Assembly: GCA_030704615.1 (NCBI GenBank)
Contig: CM060734.1
Span: 10,974,001 to 11,038,000 of the forward strand
Length of the DNA: 64,000 nt
Source of the DNA: Takakia lepidozioides
Taxonomy: Eukaryota > Plantae > Bryophyta
Reading direction: 5' to 3'
A program made the translations under genes and the position numbers. Of this stretch, positions 50,156-62,230 are shown piece after piece (positions within the stretch are counted from its first letter, which is position 1; every line of letters starts with the position of its first letter). The notes beneath the pieces were generated by a model. It was not told the DNA's origin and did not search any database. It saw only the letters and a list, made by a program, of their open reading frames with translations.

Positions 50156-52300
50156 AGGAGGAGTGGACCGATTCTGCCATATTCGTGTTCGGCATGTCCG
50201 TGTTGGAATCCAAGCACCGCTCCTAGAAGGACACAAACAATGGTGAGGGACCAATCGAAATGTCCGTAACAGAAAGACAAATGAACGAAATTGACAGCAG
50301 CCTACCTCCCGCATGTACTGTCCGAACTGTCGATACCGAAAATGCCACCACCCCAACCAGCTGTGCAATGCTCCCAGATTGGTTGTCTCCACTGCACCTG
50401 ACGTGTTCCACCAAGCCTCGATGATAGCAAACTTAACCTCCGCGTCATCAAATGTGGGTGCATCCTTCCACGCCGTACAAAGGACACGGTGTTCAGCCTG
50501 GAATGAGCTAGCAACAAATTTGGTAGTGTAGTGGGATAGACTCTGCATCCAATGGAATCCACAGGATCTCTCTTTCCCCTCCATTGGAACATTGGGGTCC
50601 TCACCGTACACACGCCGCACCGCTGCCCAGTTGGCCTGAGCGTTGTCTGCCATGAATCCCCTGAAATTGGGCTCTGGCAATCCCGCCCTTGCCATCTGCT
50701 CGTTTATGCCCTCCCACAGATGCATCTCGGACTGTGTGTCCTCCCCTTTCATCTCGCACATTGCAATCGTCATGAGCCTCTTGGAGTGATAGTCATAAAC
50801 ATGCGCACCCATAGTCACCCACTGATGGTTTGTAATTCGCTTGATGTGATCAAACATCACCCAAGCATTCGACAAGTTTCCAGTTGTCATGCGAGTGACC
50901 AAGTCGACTCCACTCCCAGGCCCACACGTCGACATTTTGAAAATGTAACAACGATCGGATTCGCTGCCTTGCCCTGGAAACCTGCTACCTTGGATGTAGT
51001 CATATCCAGTCATTCGTTTCACCTCCAGGATTGAGTACATGTCCGACCCCCTGCCGAACTCCTGCTTGCAAGATACGATGTGATTCCGCACATTCGGACT
51101 ACAAACGTGCGAGACGGACTCCAAGAGGTCACGCATCTCGTCTTCGGTCAAGGGCTCTCGGTCGGAACCATCTTCAGACATGATTTTGCCAAGAGCAATC
51201 TTGTGGGCTGCCTTCAGCTGAATCTGCTTTGGTCTGGCTCCGGGCTCAATTTCACCTCCTCTTTTATGATGTCGTGTGCTTCCTGCACAGCCTCACGCAT
51301 GTTGCCTCTCGCCAAGGGGTGGCAGTGGACCCCAACGTGTATGCAAGCTCTAGTCAAGTCCGGGAGCAAATGGATTACGTAATATTGCTTGGCTCTGCAC
51401 ATGGACATGCACGTCGGTGGTTCTTTGCAATGTGCACACTTGAAAGAACCCGCAGGAGCTTGGCTGGAGACAATGAATGGATGATGCGTTGTGCCAGTCC
51501 AATCCGTCTCGTTTCTCCGCCCTCCTTTGGAGAGAAAGTGGAAGCAGGTGGGATTGAGGCACCTCAGCTTCCCCGCACAGAGGACTATCGTACACGAACA
51601 CCATCAGCAATTTTCGTGCTACTGGTCTTCGTCACACACCAGGGGTGTCCATCATGCTTTCGATCCATGTCTGTTAACATCCCGGAGGCTTTGTTTGACG
51701 AAGAAAACAGGTGGAAACTCGAAGATGACATTGCCATCGACTTCGGGAGGCAGAAACGTTACCTTTCTGACTGGAAATTTGGCATAGTCGAGAGCAGCCA
51801 GCTCGGAGCGAGAACCATCGAGGTGATGTTGTCGTAGGAGCTGCACAATGGACCGGGTTGGAGTTATGCTCGAGGGCACATGCGTAGCACCGACAGAGAC
51901 GTCCATGCCGGATTTGAACGACCGTGTGGAGGACATGGGTACCTCAATGCAATCATCTTCCTCGTCGGAAATGTCGAATACGTCCACACGAGAAGCTATG
52001 GAGGGTCTTGACGGTCCAGGTCAGGAATGATTATCGTTGCATACCTCTCTGTTGGCAGTGGCCGCCTCTCGGTTTCCGGACTCCTTTGTGGATGGTGTGG
52101 GCAGCGACTGATTCGGAAAGGGAATGGGCATTCCCACAGCTCGGTACAGGATGGTGTCTGATGGGGGAACGTGCCATTCGATTCCGCAACCTCCGTCGTT
52201 ACCTAGCACGACAATGGTCTCGTCAACCTGTCCAGGAACATCCTTCCTTTCTTCTTCCAAATAAACTGTGCCCGGTTTGAGCTTGAATTTGGAACAAAGG
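50156..52300 (-). pseudogene. MULE-like DDE transposase, copy A, with Cys/His-rich N-terminal domain; frameshifts; start uncertain
   Basis: D (VMFDH), D (FMADNAQA), CxxH (SCGFHWMQS), E (NTNMAESVH) after an intron at the same position as in copies C and D. Confidence 0.82.
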
Positions 52301-52812
52301 TAAGTTTCAGTCACTCTGCAAAGTCCTCCCTCGTTTGGGATCCAGGCTCCCCCAAGTTGCGGAGGACAGCAAACTATAGCGTAGGAATTCGGAGCCATCG
52401 AACACCGCACGGAGTTGGCAAGTGCGAGGTTCAGTATAGCGACAGACCAAGGCTCACAGGCACCATGCGGAGTCCATCGACGATTGGAAGTCGCACATTG
52501 AAGTGGAAAGTATTGTTTCAAGCTACATGCATGAAGGTGGGAGGTTTGATTCCATAGCCAGTAAGTATGACAATGATGGCCGATTTGGCGACGAAATAAC
52601 ATCTCCTGACAGTTTCTCCTGAGGGTGGATCCAGCAGTATTCTCGGTGCAGACAGGAACGTTCGCACTGACAAGTGCCAGGACTGTTAGTTAAAACGGTC
52701 AAACAACCAAGTTGTGCTCATCAAGACTAGCCGCAATGTTGTTTCGGAACAATGCAACCCATTGAGGTTCCAGATTTCCCGTCCTGAGTGATTCTTTCGA
52801 TTGCTGGTGGAC

Positions 52813-54433
52813 GGAAATACGGCGCCGCATTTCCGTATTGCTTCTTGGTCATGCACCAGAGCGACGGAAATGCGGCACCGAGTTTCCGTCCGGGGGAAAC
52901 CTTTATACTCTCCAGAACGGAAATGCGGTAACGCATTTCCATCCAGCAAGCACGGTATGTGAAGGTAGAACGGAAATGCGGTACCGCATTTCCATTCTGA
53001 TTGAGAATTATGAACAACGAGAACGGAAATGCGGTACCGCATTTCCGTTCTGATTGAGAATTATGAACAACGAGAACAGAAATGCGGCACCGCATTTCCG
53101 TCCGAGTCGCACTTTTCCGACATTCCAGAACGGAAATGCGGCGCCGCATTTCCATTTTGTATCTGATGCATGGAGCTGAGGGATAGAAATGCTGCAGCAC
53201 ATTTCCGTCCTTAAAAGACATTCATACTCTCCATAACGGAAATGCGGTACCGCATTTCCATCCAACAAGCACGGTATGTGAAGGTGGAACGGAAATGCGG
53301 TACCGCATTTCCGTTCTGATTGAGAATTATGAACAACGGGAACAGAAATGCGGCACCGCATTTCTGTCGAGTCGCACTTTTCCGACATTCCAGAACGGAA
53401 ATGCGGCGCCGCATTTCCATTTTGTATCTGATGCATGGAGCCGAGTGCGATTCCGACCGCTTGAGACAGCGCAGTTCCGACCGCTTGAGACTTCATACTA
53501 TCCAGAACGGAAATGCGGTACCGCATTTCCGTTCTGACTGAAAATCGTGAACCATCGGAAATGAAATGCGGCAGCGCATTTCCATCCGAGTCGCACCTCC
53601 CAACATTCCAGAACGGAAATGCGGCACCGCATTTCCGTTCTGATGAAATATCCTGAAACATCGGAACTGAAATGCGGTACCGCATTTCCGTCGGAGTCGC
53701 ACCTTCAGACATTCCAAAACGGAAATGCGGCGCCGCATTTTCGTTTTGTATGTGAGGCATGGAGCTGTGGAACGAAAATGCGGCACAACATTTCCGCCAA
53801 CGTCAGACGTTAATACTCTACAGAACGGAAATGCGGTACCGCATTTCCGTTCTGACTGAAAATCGTGCGCAACGGGAACAGAAATGCGGTGCGTCCGAGT
53901 CGCACCTTCCGACATTCTAGAACGAAAATGCGGCGCCGCATTTCCGTTTTGTATATGGGGCCTGGAGCTGTGGTACGGAAATGTGGTGCCGCATTTCCAT
54001 CCATGTGAGACCTTCAAACTTTCCAGACCGGAAATGCGGCACCGCATTTCTGTCCAGGTGAGACTTCTATACTTTCCCGAACGGAAATGTGGCACGGCAT
54101 TTCCGTTCATCAACTAACGTATGTGAAGGGGGAACGGAAATGCAGTACCGCATTTCCGTTCACATTGAAAATCATGAACCACGGGAACTGAAATGTTGTG
54201 CCTCATTTCCGTCTGAATCGCACCTTTCGACATTCCAGAACGGAAATGCGGCGCCGCATTTCCCTTTTGTATCTCATACATGGAGCTGTGGGACGGAAAT
54301 GCGGTACCGTATTTCCGTTCAACAACTAAGGTATGTGAAGGTGGAACGGAAATGCGGTGCCGCATTTCTTCCAACAAGTACGGATGTGTAGCTTCGTGAT
54401 GGTACTTAACGGAAATGCGGCGCCGCATTCGCA
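52813..54433. repeat. Array of ~30 22-bp palindromes GGAAATGCGG-NN-CCGCATTTCC at 53-bp period
   Basis: Starts at 52813, 52866, 52919, 52972, 53025, 53078, 53132 and onward; ~31-bp spacers of several recurring types. Confidence 0.95.
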
Positions 54434-54868
54434 TTTTCACTCCAACTCATCAGACGCTGGGACGGAAATGCCTTGAAATGTGAACACGTGGAGCAACGGA
54501 ATTGCTGCACATGTCGGCACTCTATCTGACTGAAGGGGCATGAGGCGGCGCGGCCTGACCGTTGGATAATGATGTTTGTTTTTCGGACGGCAGGCGTACC
54601 CTGAACGATTCGAATTTCGTAATGACGCAAACTCCACGAGGAGACACTTTCGTCCAACCCTTTCGAACCCAAGTGGTGCATCACCGCCGTTTCATCTACT
54701 TTTGTCGTGTCTCCTCAGTCACCCCTCTCGCGCCCTTTCCATCTGCACTCTTTGCCCCTTTTCCCTCTCTCTGTTCTTCTTATGCTCGAACCTGAGAGGG
54801 GGGGAGTTCGTGCACCAGACAGGAGACCTCGTCGCAAGCTCCGGAAATTATACTTCGGACGTAGGCCA

Positions 54869-57800
54869 ATGCCGAAGGGGAGGAAGCAGATGCGTCTACA
54901 GGAGGAGATTGCCATCTCCGAGCAGCAGGCCACTCAGGCAACCCAGCCACCAGTGAGAGCTCCATGCGATCGGGCTGCGCGCAGCTGATCGAGCACCGAA
55001 CCCCCCATTTTGCTTCTGTAATTCTTAGACTGAATGCTAGGAGACTTGAATGCAGAACATGTTTGCATGCCTAACAGGAAAGGTGGACGTGCTGGAGGGA
55101 TCGCAGGAATCCGAAGAGCCGCAGGAAGAGTCCGAGGAGCTAGCTGCAGCACGTACACCCACCCGATCCCCGAGCGCGGGTATTCCTGCCGGGCCTAGCC
55201 CTGTGCGATTCAAAGACGCGGCTTCGAAGGGCAAGTTCAAAGCCCCAGAGATCGACTCGCGTTCTTGGTCATGGAGAATCGCCAGCAGGGGTCGGGCCCT
55301 TCTCCAGCAAAGTCGAAGAAGAAGCAGCCCGTCCCTCTACTGGCTTCTGAACCGGCTCAGGCCGATTCACCCCCCCCAACGCGAATGAAGCAGCAGGGTA
55401 AAAGACAGATTCAATTGCAGCAGACACCTTCACCTGCAAGGATGAGGAAGCAGAAGGCAATCAGGGCGACGGCCGAACAATCTCCCGCAAAACCGCTTCC
55501 ACGAGCTGAAGCTCAGTTCCTGGAGGATTTCCCGCCTGCAGATGTTGGGGCCGACTCTGCTGCAGCGAAGGCAATGGGATCGACCGTTGATCTCGATTTG
55601 GTACCGGAGGAGGGTGCTGCCGCTCAACGTTCGCAGCAAGACCTCACCACCGATGAGCAAGCAGGCCCGGAGGAGGCCTCTGCAATGGCAGAATTGCCCG
55701 CAGACAGGCCCCAGAGTGCAGCTCCAGTTGAGGATGCTCCAGCTGCTCAGCCACTACCGGCACCTACAGACATGTCTCCGGAGGATTTCAAAAGTGCAGC
55801 GGATAAAATGTTGGAGGAGACACACAGTAGCATTGGCAGAGTTCTGGGCAGCAGGGTATTCCAGCGGACTCTTCGAATCCCACTCTGTCGCATGGTCTCC
55901 CTTCCCATCGTCAGGCAGGCCCTTCCCGGAGATGTGGATAAGCTCAAGTTCGCATTTCGAGAAGGGTACCGTCTGGGATCGGCAGCGTTTTACGTTTCCA
56001 TTGAGAATGAGGACGGCGAAACTCGTGGACCCACTGCCGATGAATTGTCAACGTGGGATACCCACTGGCACACTCGCAACGACGAATTCGAGGCGACGCT
56101 GAAGGGTGATCCAGACTTCGGCCATATGTCGGGTAAAATGTTCTTTGTGTGGGACGGGAATCACCGACTTCTCGCCTGGTGGGAGTACATCAAGCAGAAC
56201 CATGCCAAGCACATTGGCTGGCATTACATGGTGGAGTGTGTCATCCTGAAGGTGAAGGCGGCAGACTCCTCCCTGCTCAAGAATGCCATGGCGGACCTCA
56301 ACTCGTAAGATACTCATACCCTCCCTAGCACGTTCGAAATGCGGTGCCGCATTTCGGTTTCCATTCTGGTTTGTTTCCGTGCTTCCGTGTACTGAACTGG
56401 AGAGTGTGCCTTGCAGGGTCACTGAGAATGCGTACGTGCATACCCACATGGCACATATGCTGTACAGGGTGAGGAAAACTGGTCTCACTGATCCGCAGAT
56501 GTTTGCGGAAATGCTGGAGCCCGAGCTCATTCAGAAAGCCGTTGCAAAAACAGACCGGACATGGTATCGTCTCACTATGGATGGAATGGTGGAGGTGATA
56601 TACGAAGTAAGTCGTCCTCCAATTTCCCTCTGCTCATCCTTCCCCAATTTCCAGTAATCTTTCCACATGAATCGAATGTAACGCTTCTGCATGTTTTTGT
56701 TGGCAGTCAAACATCAAGCTGGATTTGGCCCATGCCAAACGCTTCTTCATGGAAAGTGAGGGGCAGGTCAAAACGTTGCAGTCATTGACTGAGCACTTGA
56801 AGGAAGCCGGTGTCAAGTCCAGAACCAAATACAAGTCAAAGCTTGTGAAGCTGGTGGCAATTGCAGATCCGGCACTTGGAAAGGACTTCATCCCCGAGAT
56901 TGCAAAACACTATTCTCGGGCCATGCAGCCGACCATGCAATTGGAGAAACTGCATCACCTCTCAACGGCATGTGTGGAGGCGAAAGAGAAGGTGAGGTTT
57001 CAATGCACTGAAGTTCCTTCCTAGCAATAGCCACTCTCTTCCAGCTCCTGACATTGGATCGGAAATGGCAGACACGGTGGCTGTCGATCTGGAATGCATC
57101 CGAGAGCATAAGGACAATGTGGTCTTTTCCACTGGAAGTTTCCGACCCTGCAGTGGATGTGTGGCTCAACCGTATGACTTGGTGGTTCCAGGTAATTCAA
57201 GGTACTTCCCCAGATTTGCTTTTCTGAAATGAATTCCCTGAACTGCTACGTGACAATGCATTTGGGAATCGCAGGTAATGTCGAATGCGAAGGAGCAAGT
57301 CGTAATGCACACAAATTCGTTCGGCTTGTACGTCAAATGGGATGGAACACAGACATTGGAAGACTACGTGACACGTTTCAGATGTGCGTACAAGGACAAC
57401 CTTTTCGCCAGAGAGCTACAGACAGCAAGAAGGAGCGTGGAGTTTACACATCAGGAGGGAGCGGGGAAAGCTGCAATGCGAATTGTTTACAGGTGAAGCA
57501 CAGCTGCCCTTGTATGCGAAGCCTGGTTACGAGGTTTGTCTCGGAAATGCGGCACCGCATTCGCATTTTATGTTTTCGGTGGCACTCTGCGAGTAGGTTG
57601 GTCTCAACTTTTGCTCACGCATGCTGACTGCCTTGCAGGTATATGAAATACGTGCTCCTTCAGACAGGGGCCCTGGCTCAAGAGCCCCCGTTCTTCATGG
57701 CTTGGACCGTGGCGGGCCCAAGCTGTGTCTACACACCCGAGATGCAGAAACAATGGCATCCCGCGCATCTCGTTGGATGCCCGTGGTACCTGGACATGTC

Positions 57801-59991
57801 TGGCGGTATTGTTGACGAGTCTGAGAAAGATCTGCACGCCTTGGCAGAAGAGAAGAGAAAGGAAAGACGTGTCCCTGCTGGGCCAAAGTCGGCAAAGGAA
57901 TCTGCTGCTCTGGAAGAATCCAGAAAGGCAGCTGAGATGGCACAAAAGACGGTGGATGCAGCTGTGCAGGCCCAACAGAAGGGGTCGAAGAAGAGGACTC
58001 GCCAGCAAGGAGCAGCTGTTGTGACACCCGCCAAAACGAAGAAGCAGAAACAGCCTGTTCAGGAAGAGGGTGAGGAAGAGGACTCCGATGGAGACTTTGC
58101 AACCAGCCCACCCCCCAAACGCAGGCTGCCTCCCCTGTGCCCACCGTTGTCACGAGAGGCACGAGAACTGGCTCGGCAAAGAAGGCACTCTTCAACCCCC
58201 CAGGGGGGCACCCTTTCGAGCCGGTGGAAATGAAGAGGCCGAAAGTGGCTCCCGAAACAGTAGTCCAGTGTGTAAATGAGAGTTTCTTGGCGGCTTTGGA
58301 TGGACGGGCAGCCAAGTTGGCATACATGAAGACCATGGAGGGTCTGAAGGGCAGAGCACTGAAGAAGGCGACTGCCGAAGAGCCTTCCGACACCCCAGGA
58401 TTTCAGAATATGGTCTCGTTCTTTGAGAGGGTGTGTGCAGACAAGGATTGTAGGAGGGGCGGAAATGCCACCGAGTGGTCTTGCGATATGATCATCTTGG
58501 ATATTCCGGACGGAGAGCCTGTGGAAGGACTGCAAGCTTTGCCATCTTGGAACAGGTACTCGGAGGACTTTTGGAAGAAAGGATTCGGGCTTGCCCGCAT
58601 GGTGTTGGACGACAGAGGCTGTGTGGTTGTCCTGGCGAGCAGAGGAAAAAACACTCAGACAGGAATTGCGAAGTGGACCCGCAAGAGCGCCGTCCCGATT
58701 CTGAAAAAGAAGTGGACGTGCATCAACACACTGGGCCTTCGGTCGGAAGGGAAGAAGGTGATTACGACACTGGCACTCGTCCATTCATTTGCTTGGGTGT
58801 TTTCAAATGCGGTGCCGCATTCGGTTTCTAATCGTTTTCCCCCTGTGTATGCAGACGAAGCAGTTCGATGCATACTGCTTTGTGAAGGAGAACTCCACCT
58901 TTGCTTTCCGGAAGGAGGGAGGAAAGGTTGACCCGAACTGCGACCCACTCGATTACGACGTTCTGTTCAACAACGTTCCCAAGGAACTTCTCCCTCATAG
59001 CCTCACTTCAACGGAACCCCTGCGGTACTCACGGACTCGGAGCCCTGCCTTCATTCAGACAATTATGGAGACATGCACAGACGTGGAGGGCACAGTGCTC
59101 GACCTCATCTGTGGGACAGGTATGCAGAATCTTGATCTATGCTGTTCTGCAAATTCTCGTTAGGATGTAGTTCGCAACATCTGAAGCGCCATGTGGTAAT
59201 GTGTGGATGGCATTGTAACAGGTGCCTCAATGTGGGCTGGGCGGTTTTCCGACCGGCACCTCTTTGCCTACGAGGAGGATTCATCCGTGTGGGGATCCCA
59301 TCTGGAAGGGCTGCAACGGAATGTTAAGGCTCCCGACAGAGCGGAAGTCTCCTCGGATTCGTCGGAGTCCGAGGAAGACACAGTGGACATTGATGCGGAG
59401 GAGAACCCGGAATACGAGTGAGTGCAAACATTGTAAGTTTGCAAAGCCTTCTGGGTCATTTTTGTCAAACGAATTTCCCGACTGTGGTTCTCATTAGTCT
59501 CGTTGATGATTGTCATGTGCAGGATTGCAGGGTCCGGGTCGAAACATGTAGGGCCTACACTTCCTGCCAGGAAGAATGTCCCGTTCTTTGCGAGGGCCGA
59601 CTTCATGACGAGCCCGGTGAGGGACTACTCCCTTCCTAGTTATGCAGCTAAACTCGCAAATACAGCGATTAGAAGAAGTGAGAATCCCAGTAAAGTAGAG
59701 CAGATTTTGGAGAGGGCTAGGGAGGACAGAAGGATAAGGAAAGAGTTGGCAGCAGCTCAGACAGGTAGACGGGTACGAAAGTACATATGTGATTCAGCGG
59801 ATGAGAGCGACGCAGACAGGGAGGAAGACGACCCAACGGAGGTGAGATGGACAGTTCCGCAAGGGGAAGATGGGATTTTCGAAAGCCTGGCCAACGAGCA
59901 GTCCGCTGGAGATGAGAAAGGCACTGAGGGGGTGGAGGCGGAGCAGGACAGTCTAGAACAGGATGAGGATTCGGATGATTTTCAAGATTAA
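54869..59991 (+). CDS. Multi-exon ParB-like + beta-class DNA amino-methyltransferase-fold protein, paralog A (two apparent 1-bp frameshifts near 55260 and 58110)
   Basis: IPLCRM..VRQ..L..F.EGY..FYVS..FFVWDGNHRLLAW (ParB/Srx-like); DMIILDIPDG; RSPAFIQTIMETCT..TVLDLICGTG / GASMWAGRFSDRHLFAYEED; GT-AG introns. Confidence 0.75.
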
Positions 59992-60127
59992 TAGAATTTT
60001 AATGAAGTCTCTGTAAATGTAAATTCTCTTCCAGAGTATATAAAGGAAATTCTGCCAGACATTCGTGACCCCTCTCCAGTGTGCATTCCAGCCACACAAT
60101 CGCTCAAACCACGACGCTCCCAAAATC

Positions 60128-60862
60128 AGAAATGGGGCACCGCATTTCCAAATTTTGGCAACTCTAAGAACCTCTTTTGGAAATGCGGCACCGCATTTCC
60201 AAAACAGGGGAGGGACTAAATTTTCCATTTCAATGTTGGCATAGTAAAAAGTAATCGGCCGATTGGAAATGCGGTGCCGCATTTCCAAAATTTCCTTTGT
60301 CCACACGCCAGTTTTGGCCTCTCCCGCTCATTGCATGGATGCCACCACGCTTACAGAGGTCGAACAAGGAGGTCGAACAAGGAGGTCGAGATGGCGGAAT
60401 TGAAAATGCGGTGCCGCATTTCCATATTGGGGATGGTCGTTGTTCGAACTGCAGGCCCATCAGCAAAAATTGGCACCGCATTCCATTGTAAAAAAAAAGT
60501 CGATGACGGACATGGAAATGCGGCGCCGCATTTCCAGAACGGACATCGCAATTTGTCCATTTGCAGACCCTCTCACGGAAATGCGGTAACGCATTCCATC
60601 GCGCTGGTCGGAAATGTCACACTTTTCGAAGTGTTGGACGGAAATGCGGCACCGCATTCCCTTGTCCAAAAAGAAGTTTCCATTGCCAAGCTGGAAATGC
60701 GTCGCCGCATTTGCAATGCCAACCTCGTTGTCTGTCCAATTTATAGACCCGTGTTGGTATTTCGTGTACCTGGACGGAAATGATGCACCGCATTTCCTTG
60801 TCCCACATGGAAATGCGGCACCGCATTTCGATGCCGACATGGAAATGCGGTGCCGCATTTCA
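60128..60862. repeat. Second cluster of ~12 copies of the 22-bp palindrome with unrelated spacers
   Basis: GAAATG-aligned positions 60129, 60180, 60266, 60403, 60465, 60515, 60578, 60641, 60694, 60777, 60810, 60842. Confidence 0.9.
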
Positions 60863-61120
60863 ATGTCCGACATGGCGTTACTCTGGTATATTCTTTTGAC
60901 ACATGACTCACATACCGGTTACTCTGCTATATTCATCCGGACAGACACATTGTAGAAATGAGACATCAAATTGTAAACAGTGGGCCAATTCCGACAATTA
61001 TTCAACAGAATGAAACACAATCATACAGAAGTGAGGTACGATGGGTTTATTGATCGGACACGATGTCTCACATTTACCAACTGCAGACAAAACTAAGCCC
61101 TTCCTCCTTCTACATGGGCT

Positions 61121-61699
61121 TCACCAAGTCGACGGAACTTCGATACCCCTCAAAACAAGCTCATCACTGCTGCGGCACCTCGAGGTAAACTGCAATTCGG
61201 TCGTTCTGCTGCCCTTGCTGGAGCCGACGACAATGTCATGTCCATCAATGATACCACCATCATACATTGACAAGGTCACTGTGGGCCTCATGTGCCCGTG
61301 CGATTCGTCTTCGCAACTCAGCCGAATGTCTCCATACACTGGAAGAGCGGAGTGATCTGCACGTATATAGTTTTCCCCGGTGCCGTCCTCCCTGGTCCAC
61401 TGGCAGCAGTTCCAGCGCCAAAGCGAGGCCGTGCGTGATCTGTCCGGCATCCCTTTCCAGCTTGGTATATCGAGGTCAACAATTTTCAGGACCCACGGAC
61501 CGCATTGACCCTCGCCCTCACCTCGCTCAAAGCGGTAATAGCCCTCCAGATACTCCATTGCGCGCAAAGACTCTTGCTTGATTCCAGCAGCGTCTGTGAA
61601 AACAGAGAGCCAGACAATGATGTCTCCTGATTCTGGTTTGAACATAGCATAATCGTGGCCATGATAAGGGCAGTCGGCTGGATTTCGGCGGCACGGCAT
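61121..61699 (-). CDS. Hypothetical protein (~192 aa), paralog of 62231-62794
   Basis: Intact ORF MPCRRNPADCPY..DYAMF..SGDIIVW..RWNCCQWT..PVYGDIR..ELVLRGIEVP; the conservation pattern with the paralog indicates coding constraint. Confidence 0.65.
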   Translation of the reverse strand: MPCRRNPADCPYHGHDYAMFKPESGDIIVWLSVFTDAAGIKQESLRAMEYLEGYYRFERGEGEGQCGPWVLKIVDLDIPSWKGMPDRSRTASLWRWNCCQWTREDGTGENYIRADHSALPVYGDIRLSCEDESHGHMRPTVTLSMYDGGIIDGHDIVVGSSKGSRTTELQFTSRCRSSDELVLRGIEVPSTW

Positions 61700-61956
61700 C
61701 CTTGAAAAAGAGTAGCGGAGTACGCTCAATGACAGCAGCTCCCGGATGGAGGAGGAGCAGCGCGGTGGCTGGAAAAAGTTCAAGCTAACGCTGCAATTCC
61801 TCACAAACACTCCAGGGCACATTTAAATTTCCCCCCTACAGGATCCTGGACCGATGAAGATTGGCTGCTTCATGAATGTAGCCGTTTCAGTTTCCTACCC
61901 TGCCATGCAAACTATGGGCACTCACTGCCAGGTGGGCCGATGGCCACTGGACACGA

Positions 61957-62020
61957 CGAAGTCCATCCCCTCTTCGATGTAAATGCGGCGCCGAATTTCC
62001 ATCCGGGGGGATGGACTTCG
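61957..62020. repeat. 64-bp inverted repeat centred on a copy of the element palindrome
   Basis: CGAAGTCCATCCCC..AAATGCGGCGCCGAATTT..GGGGATGGACTTCG. Confidence 0.85.
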
Positions 62021-62230
62021 GTGGCAGATCTCAAACTATAACTTCTTGATGAGAAAGATGTATGGGTTCATCCACCTCCGTCGGTGGGTACGTGGGACCC
62101 AGATGCTCCATTATTGGAGGCCGGACTGCTCTTCCGCTTCGCATCATTTCCAAAATCTAAGGGCTTCGTAGCTGTCCGCAAGGTCATTGTCATCTGCATC
62201 CAAGTCGTCCTCAGGTCCTCCTTTGCAAGG

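Noticed and set aside
52813-54433. CRISPR array (palindromic repeat with constant-length spacers)
   Set aside because: Spacers recur in higher-order units, the repeat also occurs dispersed and in introns, there are no cas genes, and the context is eukaryotic.
52686-54440. Many overlapping ORFs rich in MRxRIS / KCGxAF / GNAxPHF
   Set aside because: Translations of the palindrome array in all six frames.
54869-59991. Bacterial or phage contamination as the source of the ParB-MTase gene
   Set aside because: The gene has multiple GT-AG introns, a paralog with matching exon structure, and is interleaved with plant TEs.
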